From Flectonema sp. DT1601 (lineage: Eukaryota): 64,000 nt of DNA. Location: the NCBI GenBank assembly GCA_964019425.1, contig OZ025788.1:310001-374000 (forward strand), in the 5' to 3' direction. Of this stretch, positions 35,744 to 47,700 are shown piece after piece. Within the stretch, counting starts at the first letter, position 1. Every line of letters begins with the position of its first letter. Under the pieces are notes generated by a model. The model was not told the DNA's origin, ran no database searches, and saw nothing but the letters and a program-made list of their open reading frames with translations. Position numbers and translations under genes: made by a program.

Positions 35744-36799
35744 ATGCAGGTGTTAATAACCAGTACTGATGGCTTTCCAGATGTAATTTTCACCTGCACT
35801 GCAGATTCATGTGTCAAAGAAGCTGCACAAGCAGCAGCTGATGAGTGGGAAACTAATTCAGAATTACTTAATATCTTATATGATGGTGATGTTCTTCTTT
35901 TTAATAATCGATTGTTGTCTCATGGGTTAGATTTTGAGTCTCAGTTGGTCGCATCTCAGATTAGGGTGTTTAGTAAAGAATTACTTGTCAAACGTGAGAC
36001 AAGAGCAGCAGTTATGAGCCATTGCTCTCACAGTATCGATAAGACTCTTTGTGTTGACACGCCAACGTTTGTTGAGGATGGTTTTGTTGAATTCGATTCG
36101 TTGTGGTTGTCTGAAGATGTTTTGAAATTATCATTTTATTCTTGTTGTAAGGATGCGACGTCTATTTCAGAGAGTTTCTTACACAAATCATCTGTTGAAC
36201 AATTAGATTTTCGAGGATTAAAAAACATATCCTCAATTGGAATCTCATTTCTGTATGAATGCAAACAACTCACCAGTATTGATTTATCGGCGTTCAATAA
36301 TACAACTTCAGTTGGGATGGGATTTTGTAATAATTGTGAAAATTTGACAGAACTTGATCTTTCCAGTTTTCGCAACGTGACTTCTGTTGGGGATTATTTT
36401 CTCTACGGTTGTTCCTCTCTCAGTGAAATAGTTTTAAGCAGCTTTTCTAATATTCTTTGTATCAATAAATGTTTTTTATACGGATGTAAATCCCTTACGA
36501 AAGCCGACTTTTCAGGTCTAACCAGAGTGAAGTCAATAGGTGATTCATTTCTTTGTGAGTGTTCACAACTCACTTCACTCAATTTAGATGGCTTTCACTC
36601 TGTTGAAACTATCGGAGATTATTTTCTTTTTAAATGCGTCTCGCTAACGGAACTTAATTTAAGTTGCCTCAAGAGCGTCGTGACTATTGGGAATTTCTTT
36701 TTATGTTTTAATAAAGTTGACTCGTGTTCTGAAAAGAAAAAGAAATTCTTATCTCGCGTCCTGAAGAGGAAACAACGGAGATTGGCAAGCCGAGACTGA
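35744..36799 (+). CDS. Leucine-rich repeat protein (BspA/LRR_5-like repeats) with possible ubiquitin-like N-terminus
   Basis: About six 25-aa repeats of SIGxxFLxxCxxLTxLDLSxFxxV. The N-terminal ILYDGDVL...LLSHGL segment is Ub-like. Confidence 0.85.
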   Translation: MQVLITSTDGFPDVIFTCTADSCVKEAAQAAADEWETNSELLNILYDGDVLLFNNRLLSHGLDFESQLVASQIRVFSKELLVKRETRAAVMSHCSHSIDKTLCVDTPTFVEDGFVEFDSLWLSEDVLKLSFYSCCKDATSISESFLHKSSVEQLDFRGLKNISSIGISFLYECKQLTSIDLSAFNNTTSVGMGFCNNCENLTELDLSSFRNVTSVGDYFLYGCSSLSEIVLSSFSNILCINKCFLYGCKSLTKADFSGLTRVKSIGDSFLCECSQLTSLNLDGFHSVETIGDYFLFKCVSLTELNLSCLKSVVTIGNFFLCFNKVDSCSEKKKKFLSRVLKRKQRRLASRD

Positions 36800-37411
36800 C
36801 CCCCCTTTTTTATTTTGGAAATTTACTACCTTAATTTATTTAAGGCGAGTGCTCCGCTAGTAGTGTGCTACGAACTAGCAATTGTTGCTAACAACCTTTT
36901 TTTATAAAGAATTTTACGAAGAAATGTTCATTTTATTTTTTATAAAGATTGTTTATTTCTTGACGAGACTATAGGCGAAACCTACACTCTGCCGTATTAC
37001 ATTATACCCTGGTTTTGGTTTCCCAGGGCTCACGATTAATTCGTAATTGACTAACTCGATTCCGTACTGCACTGAGTGACAACACGGAAAAAGAGACATG
37101 TATGCAGATAAGTTAGAAACAGTCTTCCCCCCGCTTTTTCTTTTTTCTTTTTTGAAGAGAATGATATGAAGCAATAAATGAAGAGGAAACCGTCATTTCT
37201 GTTTTTTTTTTTTTTTAAATTTCTTTTTTTGTTTTTTTCCACACACAAGACACTAATACACTTCCGAATGATATAGGTTTACCACATTTATTGCGGTAAC
37301 TCGAAACCATTTATTTATTTATTTTTTTTTCGACGATGATGAACAATCTATTTCCAGATTGTGCGGTCAGAAATATTGTCTGCGATCCCTTTTCTTTTTG
37401 TTTTTTAATCA

Positions 37412-37743
37412 GTGACAGGTGATGATAAACCGCACTTGCTATATCTCACTGATCTCTTACCCCTACAACCTGTACTGTCTGTAAAAGATCAGATTATTTA
37501 TTTTTGTTACGACTTGACCATGAATACCATCATCATGTGGAGTTGAGTCGGACTGTCTAAAGCGATATTTATAGAAGCGTTATTCTCTTTCCTCTATTGT
37601 CACAAAAGGAAACTTGAACTTATTTGATTTCCTTTTTTTTTTTTTATTGAAATGTGACGAGGTAGTGATAAACAACTTCCTCTGTCTCACTGATCTCTAA
37701 CCCTGTTACCGAAAATATCACTGAGGAACTTTAGATATTAGTG
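37412..37743 (+). ncRNA. Candidate pair of related structured non-coding elements (37412-37492 and 37654-37743)
   Basis: Both share GTGAC..GGT..TGATAAC-type start (TGATAAAC) and TCTCACTGATCTCT, and both fold by eye into two hairpins. Class and strand are not established. Confidence 0.3.
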
Positions 37744-38436
37744 GTTGACTGAATGTAAGCCTGACACATCAAAGGGACTCATATAGTGTATCCTTGTTAG
37801 TACAACAAAGACCGATTTCAGAGTTCTTTTGGTCAGCGCGTGTTCGAATATAAAACTCTTTTTATTAAATCTGTTCCCCGCCCCTCTTTTTTTTTTACTT
37901 GTCACACTGACTCACGACTTTTACCTCTTATTGGTTGCCACTTACATGTTATCTGTGTAAAGAACAGTTGAAGTGAAATCAGGAGCTTCTGATGTCACAT
38001 CTCCCAACTGCCAGCACTACCCAGATCACGAGGTAGCATCGACCGCAGGCACCGTGTTCCTGACACGTTTGAGTAGTCACAACGCGTCTGTTGACCTGAT
38101 TCTGTGATACTGTTATTTTAGTACGGTGTCTCTACTGCTTCCTTCCTCGTCTTGATATTAAAATTCAGACCACACACAACATTAAGATATCAAGTTCTGA
38201 TAGTAACATACACGAGACCCTTACACTGTAAGGGATAATTACTTCCTACTGCTGTACTCAGAAACTATTGTACAGATCACTTTTGGTATTTATCTATTTC
38301 ATGAATGATGTTCTTTGAGATGGGACACCTGTTCCTACCCGCGTTCTAGGCTTCACGTGACAAGCCGTAGGGGGATAACGTATTCTCGGTGTTTTATTTA
38401 TTATTTTATATAATTTCAGCTGATGGCAATAACCAA

Positions 38437-38712
38437 ATGGAAGAACTTCGAAAAGCTTTTAAAGAGAGAGCTTTAGAAAACTACAACTTATTAATTGAAG
38501 CAACTCGATTAAAGAATTCAAGTCATGGAGATAACCTTGAAGAGGTTGCTCAAATATCCGCAGCTCTCGAGGATGGAATGAAATACTTAAATGATTTGAG
38601 ACAAAAGATGGTTGAAAATATTATCTTACATGAGAAAAGACTTCGTAATGATGACACCGAAGATGTAAAGAGACAAAAACAAGAAATTAAAAAAGAAGAC
38701 CAGACAGACTGA
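38437..38712 (+). CDS. Small hypothetical helical protein (91 aa)
   Basis: ATG-initiated ORF downstream of TTTCAG; charged amphipathic sequence MEELRKAFKERALENY... Confidence 0.6.
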   Translation: MEELRKAFKERALENYNLLIEATRLKNSSHGDNLEEVAQISAALEDGMKYLNDLRQKMVENIILHEKRLRNDDTEDVKRQKQEIKKEDQTD

Positions 38713-38858
38713 ACGTATTTGATGCAACTGTTCCAAAACACAAATAGTCATTTAGAGTTACTTTTACTATTTAGTATCTCGCGTTGCGTAATTTATTATT
38801 ATTATTTCTTTTTTTTTTTTTCAGTGTTCAATATTTTTCAGAAATACATGACGTGAGT

Positions 38859-41142
38859 ATGGCAATTCAACTTCAAAATTTTCGTCCTTACGGAGCAGAC
38901 CGAGAGATACTCGATGAAAGAGTAAAACAGACTAGACCATTATTGATAATTCACTATTCAAGGCCGAGGCAATTCTTCGTTGAACGGCAACATGAAATCA
39001 AATTATCAACAACAGACGCTATGGAACACACTCACGAATATCGACCATTCAAAGATCCCAGCTACGAAAGGTTGAGTCAAGATAAAGGCATCGGATGTGA
39101 ACACGACATTGCGGTTCAAGCAGTCTGTGAAACACGTTCTAAAAAGGTACAAACCCCCTGGTTCAGAAAAGTAACGACAGCTATCCAAGTTCAGCAATCA
39201 GTTATCGACGCTAGAGTAGCCAGTGTTGATGAAAAGAAGTATCCAGAAATAGTTTCATTTTTAAAAAATGCTATACCGAGAATCGAACATAACTGTACCT
39301 GCAACAACGTCTTGGAACTCTTCCGTGACGACTACTCTCAGTTAATGGATGACGATACGTTTCTTGGTAATAAAGATGATGCGGCATTTACTGATGCTGG
39401 TAATTTCCAACATCATAAATTTACAAAAAATAAAACCGTTACTTCAATAGACTGGAGACCTGGTTCATCTCGCATAGTTTGCATCGCAGTAGGAGAAGCC
39501 TTCTCACCATCTGAAGGAAATGGTTACATACAAAGAATAATGCTTAATAGAAAAGTCCTTAGTAGCCTTGTCGTTATTTGGGACTTCGCTGATCCTATCC
39601 ATCCTCGATGGGTACTTGAGTCACCACAGGTTTGTATATAGTGTAGTTATGAGTGTTTGGTTTGTTGAATTATTTAAAAAGAAAAACCTAAAACAGGAAA
39701 TAACTGTAATTAAGTTCAATCCCACAAATGATAACATCCTAGTTGGAGGTGCGATAAATGGACAAGTTGTGTTGTGGGACTTGTCAAAACAGACTCAAAC
39801 GTCACGAAAAGGAAAGAAAGGAGGTCGAGACAGAGAAAAAGAAAAAGTTCAGGACCGCGAAGGAGAAGAAGGTGCCGACGGTGTCACAACTCCGAAGATT
39901 AGTTGGAAAGAACTTTCAAAGATCGAAACCGGTCACAAAAGAGCAGTTCACGACCTAGCATGGATTGGGGGAGGTTTAGAGTGTAACTTTGACGGTAAGT
40001 TAATACCATCTGGACAACCTGGTTCTGAAGCCAATAAAATGAAGAAATCCTGGGGTGGAACAGAACAATCTCCTTTCGTAATAGAAGGCGTTCGTCAGTT
40101 TATTACTCTCTCAGGTGATGGTCACCTCTTTATATGGGACATAAACAAAGAACATATGAGAAAAGACAAATACAGAAAACTTGTTCAAGGAAGACAACAT
40201 GAGTCTGAAATCCCGTGGATTCCTTTAATAAAAATACCCCTTACGAAACCAGATGGTTCTGGTGAAGTTATTGGTCTTCGACTTTATATGGAAGACAAGT
40301 CAGTTGATCCTTACTTAGCATGTTGTGTGACTGAGGAAGGTGAATTTGTTCAAATTAATTGGGCACCAAATGAATCCAATAACAACAACACAAACTACGG
40401 TGGTGAAGAAGCTGCAAGAATTCAACCTGTTAAAATGTGTGCGGGATTACTACCTGACAGTAGGAGGGTTGGTCATCATGGACCAGCATTAGCAGTTCAA
40501 CGACATCCTCAGTTACCAGATTATTACTTGACTGCAGGTGATTGGTGTTTTAAGATTTGGAAATTAAATTGTTCGATTCCAATTGTTTGCAGTCCTTTTA
40601 TCGATTCTAATGTCACTGCAGGATGTTGGTCTCCAACAAGACCCAGCGTAGTCTTCATTGGAACATCTGATGGTAATGTTCAAGTTTGGGATCTCTTAGA
40701 TCGTTCTCATGAACCGATTCTAACACAAGTCATTTCACAAGACGCTGTAACTTGTATGCAATTCAAACCAACTCAAGAAGGTAAGAAACATCAAGCGAAT
40801 GAAAGAACTGAAGCACTTGCTGTTGGTACAAGAATAGGATTCCTACACATATTTAGACTTCCTAAGGTTATGGTCAAATCAAAATCTAATGAGAAAGTTG
40901 ACATGGAGAAATACCTTGAAAGGGAAGTCCAGCGAGTGAAATACTACGAAGGAAGGTGGGAAAAGAGAAGTAAAGAGTTGGAAGCTAAGAATGCTCAACT
41001 ACAACAGGACGCGGCATTAAAACCAGATTCAAAGAAGGAAAATGAGGAAGATGATGAAGAGTCGAATCCGTACGCAGACCCAACACTGATTGAGGTGGCT
41101 GTCGAAGAGTTTAAAAACCGACTTCAGACTTTTGAGGAATAA
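38859..41142 (+). CDS. WD40 axonemal dynein intermediate chain, WDR63/DNAI3 (IC140)-like; join(38859..39629,39697..41142)
   Basis: IWDFADPIHPRWVLESPQ joins EITVIKFNPTNDNILVGGAINGQVVLWD across a 67-nt phase-0 intron. Also WSPTRPSVVFIG and VWDLLDRSHEP. The start codon is tentative. Confidence 0.85.
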
Positions 41143-41756
41143 TATCATCCAGTCTTTCAACTGTGTGAACATCCCAACAGGTAAAGTACACGTGACGACC
41201 AATTGAATTGTTCTTAGTCACAATAGTAGGTGTTATTTCGTAACACAATCTGACCACTGACGTGTTGAAATAGTACACAACGGTATACGGTCAGGGGAGG
41301 GAGGAAATTTTCAAAAAAGAAAAATAACATGTAAATAAACAAAAATATCCTGTTAGTTTCTATCCTCTATTCCCTTTGAGTCATCCTTTTAACAAACTTT
41401 AACAAAGTTGATAAGTACACTGCGTGATTTGATTATAGTTTTCATTTATTTTTTAGTTATTTTCTTTTTTCAGGAAATACGCTGGCTGACCTCAAGCAGG
41501 AGAGCTTTTCAGTGCTACCTTGAATTATCAACCTAGCAAGTACACATTCAGCTGATGATATAAAAAGATAACGCTCTCCTATTCCAATATTAAAAAAACT
41601 CTACGGCGTGGGGGACGCAAAACACTATCGACTGTGCCGTGAGTGATATGGAGAATAGCGCCTGACGTTTGCGCAATTTTTTTTTTTTTTTTTTTTTTTT
41701 TTTGTGGATTTTGAATTTAGTCACCCCTTCAGAGAGAGCTTTCTCAATCACAAGAA

Positions 41757-44700
41757 ATGGAGGCAGCCAACGATCTCGGATTGCTTTGGCACTACGCTAA
41801 CAGACTCCTAGGAACAGACTCACCTAAAGACCCTGAAATTGTTGAACCAGAAGTTTATAAAAAGAAATGGCTGACAGACAGAGTCATCGAACTCGAAGGG
41901 GAATTAGTAAAGCTTAAAAACGAACTAGACGACTGCCGCGTGTTAAATGGAAAGGAAGCCTTAAAACAATCTAATCACAATTGGTTAGATGAATTAAACA
42001 TAAGACTTTCTGATAGTCATAAGAGAGAATCAACAATGAGACAAGAGAGAGATGAACTGTCTAAATTAAGTAACAAAGTAAGAGCTGATAACATAAGAAT
42101 GAAAGCAAGGAACGATATCTTAAATGAAGAAATTCACGACCTTCGCAACGGAGACAACAAGCAGGCAGAAGTTAGAGTCCAACAACGAACAGATAAAATT
42201 GTTTCTCTTCAACAAGAATTGTTATTATTCAAAACTACTCAACAGTCGTTAGAAGATACCATCAAGCAACTCACTAAAGAATCTTCTGAAAAGGAATTAA
42301 CAATAAACAACTTACAGAGGCTCACTCATCAACTTCAATCAAAAACAGTTGAAAATGACGTGACTCGTACTCCTCGAGCGCCATCAGTTCAAACCCCGCC
42401 ATCATCAAGAAGTGACACAACAAACTTACAGAGAAGATGTAACGCTTTAGAACAACAGGCTGCAATGTTAAAAAAGAAAGACAGCGTCAAGGCTAACTTT
42501 CAATTGGAAAAACAACTTGCGGAACTGACTGAAGCTGTCAACCAATTATCGTCTGAAAACAGTTCTCTGAAGCAGAAAAATTCAGAACTGGAAAAGACTT
42601 CGGCCGCGGAAAATGAAAAAAATAATTCCGAAATTGCGAAACTGACATCATCTCAACAACAGCTGCAGAAGCAGATCGATAGTTTGAATTCGAAGACTGC
42701 ATCTCTTGAATCGGATAAATCCAAATTAATAAAAGAAGGAAAGGAATTTCAAAAACGTCATCAGCAGCTCCAATCTTCCAAGTCGGCAGATTCCAAAACC
42801 GCTTTAGAAAAATTTGAAATGATGAAAAATAAATATGCGAATGAGCATAAGGACTTAGAAAGTAGAATCCAGTCATTACAACAAATCTTAACAACCGTGA
42901 GATCGGAAAAGGACATCGTTGATAATACGTTGCTGTTACTTAAAAATGATTATAAGAAACTTGAAGCAACAGCGACGTCTCTAGCCAATCAACTCAGTGA
43001 ACAACAAGAACTCTTTAAATCTGAAAAGCAACAGTTGATTGATAAACACTCTTCGTTGGAAAAAGATTTTTCAAAATTTTCGGAACAAAAAAAAATTTCT
43101 GATTCAAAGTTCGAATCGGAGAAAATAAAAATGTCAGCAACCATCAGCCAGCAACGGACTGCAATTGAAAAAAGAAATTCTGAGCAAATTAATCAAACAA
43201 AAGAGTTCGACAAAATAAAAAAAGACCTCCACACGAACATCAGCACACTAAAGAAATCACACTCCGAAGAACAAGCGAAGATGACATCAGCAACCGAGAA
43301 ATTACAATCAACTTTAAGCGCTGTAAGGAAGACTGCAAACGAACAAACGAAGAGGTCACAGAAGGATAAAACACATATAAAGGACCTGACTTCTAAAATA
43401 AACAATCAAGCAGCAGAATTAACATCAAAGTCCAACGCCCTTTCTGTACTAAAGGAAGACAACACAAAACTATCAGACGATATGACCAGTAAGATAGCAG
43501 CAGGGAAACTCGAAATATCAGATCTGACGATGGTATTTGAAAAGGAAAAAAAACATCTCAGCGAACAACATGAAAACAGCAACAAGAAAATAAGAATTCT
43601 CGAAGAAGAGACGCGAAAGCTAACAGCTGCTATCACTGACGCTAATGAAAGTAACCAACAGCTATTGCAAGAAGAAAGGAAACAGATGTCAGTTTTAAAA
43701 CAGGAGAAACAAAAAGTTGTATCAGAACTCGAGTCGAGGTCTCAAAGTCTCTTAACTCTTCAGGCAAAAGTAGAGTCTCTGTTGCAATCACGTTCTGATG
43801 CGACAAGAAAATCAGATGAAATGAAGAAAGATTTATCCACACAACTCAACAATCAATTATTAGAAATTATGAAACTGCGAACAGATTTCAAATCGGCTTC
43901 TGAAAATTGTGAGAAACTCAACTCTGAAATAAAGTTAAAAGATGAAACACTACAGCAATCCAACACAACGACAGCAAAGCTTCAAGAACAGAAGAAACAA
44001 CTAACTGAAGATATTAAAAAACAGCTGACTGAATACGAAACAAACATCAAAGAGATGACTCAACAGAATTCACAAACTGTAAAGACTCTCATCATGGATA
44101 AGACTACTCTCACTACTCAGTTGGATTCTACAAAACAGCAGCTGACAGCCGTGATTTCGAAATCAGACGCTCTTTTAAAGTCGAGATCTGAAGATTCAAA
44201 GAAATACGAAAATAAATTAAAGCTGGTTGAGGATGAGAAAAAACAACTCACATCTCAAACTGATTCCGTGAAAAAGCAACTCGCCGACCTCCAAAGCAAA
44301 ACAAATGAACTCGTCACCGAAAAGAAACAACTCTCATCTCGAGTAGTAGAACTTGAAGGGAAGATGAACATCAATACTACTGAAGCTAATCAAATCACAA
44401 AACAATTAGTGGATGAGAAGAACAAACTAAAAAGTGAAGTTGAGATTGGAAAGAAACAACTCTCCCAACTGGAACAGGCTGCAAAGAAATTTGAAGGAGA
44501 AAAAAAGCAGCTCATTGCTAAGGCAAGTGAAACCTCGACGAAGTTGTCCGCCCAGCTGGAAACCAATAAAAAGAACCTCACGGAAGTACAGAAGAAACTT
44601 GAGGAACGCACTAAATCCTCTGAGGAGGAAAAAAAACAGCTCATCGCTAAGGCAAGTGAAACCTCGACGAAGTTGTCTGCCCAGCTGGAAACCGACAAAA

Positions 44701-47700
44701 AGAACCTCACGGAAGTACAGAAGAAACTTGAGGAACGCATCAAATCTTTTGAGGAGGATAAAAAACAGCTCATCGCCAAGGCAAACGCAACTGCAAAAAA
44801 GCTCTCAGACGATAAGAAACAACTCGCATTTCAATTAGAAGAATGTAAGAAGTTGGGGAGTACCATTAAAGCAGACGACCAGAAACAATTCGCTGAACTC
44901 AATGAGAAGATCCAAACTACCTCACAGCAACTCCAACAAGAACAGTTGAAAACAAAGAACTTCGAAACCGCAAACGGAGAGTTGAAAGGACAAGTGACCA
45001 GCATCGAAAAGTTAAAACAACAACTTAATTCTAAATTAATGGCTCTTGAGAAGCAACACTCTGAGCTGAAGGCAAAGTGTGCTCCTCTTCAAGCAGCTGT
45101 TGAGCTTTCTAAGAAAACGGAAACTGAAAAATCACAGCTGCAATCCAGAATTAAGCAACTGGAAACTGAGGGAAAGCAACACATTTCAGATCTCACCAAA
45201 CTGAAGGAAGTCGAAGTAAAGTTCACTGAAATGAGTAACAAGAATTCCAACACAGAATTAAAGTACAATACTTTAAACAAACAATCATCGGATCTCCAGG
45301 CAAAGTTTACTGCCCTGCAGCAGTCTGGACGGCAATCTGAGGAAAAAGAGAAAAAGATACTCGCAGAGCTACAGGCTAAGTATGATGCTCTTCATGAAGA
45401 GTCTGCTGAGAGTCTTAAAACAGTTCAACAATCTAATAAAGATGTCACTCAAGAACGAGACCAAGCGAAGGCTCTTATCGAAGAACAAGAAGGTAACCTG
45501 CAGCAACTATCTCGTATTCTGGCAGACACAAAACAACAAAACGTGGCGTTGGAATTGACTTTAAAAGAAGGCGATTTTGAAAAAAAGAAATTACAACTCG
45601 CAGTTGAGCGTCTTGAAGCTACTCAGACCAACACCTCTGGCGAGAAGGATGTGAAAATATCTCAACTCGTGTCATCGCTGGAAATTGAAAAGGAGAAGAC
45701 TCTTACCAGAGAGAAAGAGCTCTTACATGCGGCAGCAGCAACAGAGAGAGAAAAGGAAGAGCACAAGAATTCCGTAACCAATCTAAAAGGACAGTTATCC
45801 GCAGCCTCTGATCTAAGATTCGCAGAGAGTAGGAAGCTGAATGACACATTATCTTCTTTAAGAGATGAGTTGGGACGCTTAATGGAACAACTAGGTAACG
45901 AAAAGATGTCTCGCATTGCAGCTGAACAACAACTAGCAGTAGCAAAGAAGTCAATCGAAGATATTCATCTCTCGAGTGAGAGGGACATGACAGCAACTCG
46001 AGCTCTTCAGAGTGAAAAAGAAAAACTTCTTTCACAACTAAAAGAACAGACGTCTACCGCCAATGAAAAAGATCAACTTCATAACCTTCAGTCACGATTT
46101 GATGCTTTATCAAAACAACGTAAACAACTTCAGGATCAAAAGAATATTCAGGAAAAGGAAATCTGCTTACAAAAGGCTGAAATCCTCAAAGCGGAGTCTG
46201 TCGCGTCAGCAGAGTCTCGTCGGTCTAAGGATCTCATTGAGAAGGCTGAAGTACTTGAGAAAACAAAACACGAAGACACTAAGAAGTTCGATTCTGAGAG
46301 AAAGCAACTTCTCGAAACACAACACCAGCTGCAGACTACCAATAACGAACTTATCCATAAAATACAACTCTTGGGTAATAATGCCAAGGAAGTTCTTGAA
46401 AAGACTGAGCAAGAAACTTCAAAGAAGTTTGGTGAAGAAAAGAAGCAACTTGTCTCCGAAAACAAAGAACTAACTGAAAAAATACAACTCCTCGAAAAGA
46501 CGAGGGAGGTGACGTCATCACAACAGGGAGTGACTTTGAAGGAATTAGACGAAGAGAAGAAGCAGCTCGTCGCTACAAACAACGAGCTGACCGCGAAGAT
46601 GCAGCTCCTGTCGAAACAAAAACAGGAAGTTGATCTCAAATTAGAAACCTCTTTGAAGAAGCAAAGCATCACTTCTAAAACTGCAGAGCTTCTCGAGGAA
46701 AGCAAACAACAAACCACAGCTAAATTAGATGCCTCCGAAAAATCAAAGGCGGAAACACAGAGGAAGTCAGATGAAGAGAAAAAGCAACTTGTCGCTAAAA
46801 GTCAGGAGCTTACTGCGAGAGTTCAACACCTCGAAAATACAAAACAGGAGTTGGAATTAACCCACAAGTCTCAGGTTGAAAATTCTAAAAAGTCTGATGA
46901 AGAAAAGAAACAACTCACCTCCAAGAATCAACAGCTGTCTACTACAATCCAGCAACTAGAAAAGTCAAAGCAGGAGACTACATCAAAGTTGGAGGCATCT
47001 CAACAATCACAGGCCGTGACCTCAAAGAAGTTTGAGGAAGAGAAGCAGCAGCTCACTTCTAAGAACGAGGAACTGTCTGGAAAGATTCAACTTCTCGAGA
47101 AGGCAAAACAGGAGACGACTGCGAAGTTCGATGCTTCAGAGAAGGCGAAGGCTCAAAGCGCTAAGTCCCATGAGGAAGTGAAGAAGCAACTGACTACTAA
47201 GAATGAGGAGCTGGTAAAGAAGCTTGACGAGGAGAGGAAACAACTCACCGAGAAGGTACAACTCCTGGAGAAATCAAAGCAAGCCACAGCCTCCCAGTTG
47301 GAAGCCTCGAAGAAATCCAATGAGGAAGTCTCAAAGAAGTTCGGAGAAGAGAAGAAGCAACTCACTTCTAAGTTGGAGGCATCTCAACAATCACAGGCTG
47401 CGACCTCAAAGAAGTTTGAGGAAGTCTCAAAGCAACTTTCTTCCAAGAGCGAGGAACTGTCTGGAAAGATTCAACTTCTGGAGAAGACCAAACAACAAAC
47501 TGCGGAGGAAAAGAATCAACTCGCAGCCAAGAATGAGGAACTCACTGTAAGGATTCAGCTCCTTGAGAAGTCGAAACAAGAAACGGCAACTAAAATAGAA
47601 ACTTCAGACAAATCTATTGTAGCGGCTTCAAAGAAGTTTGAAGAAGAGAAGAAGGTGCTGACGACTAAATTAGCTGCTTCCGAAAAACAGTTATCTGACG

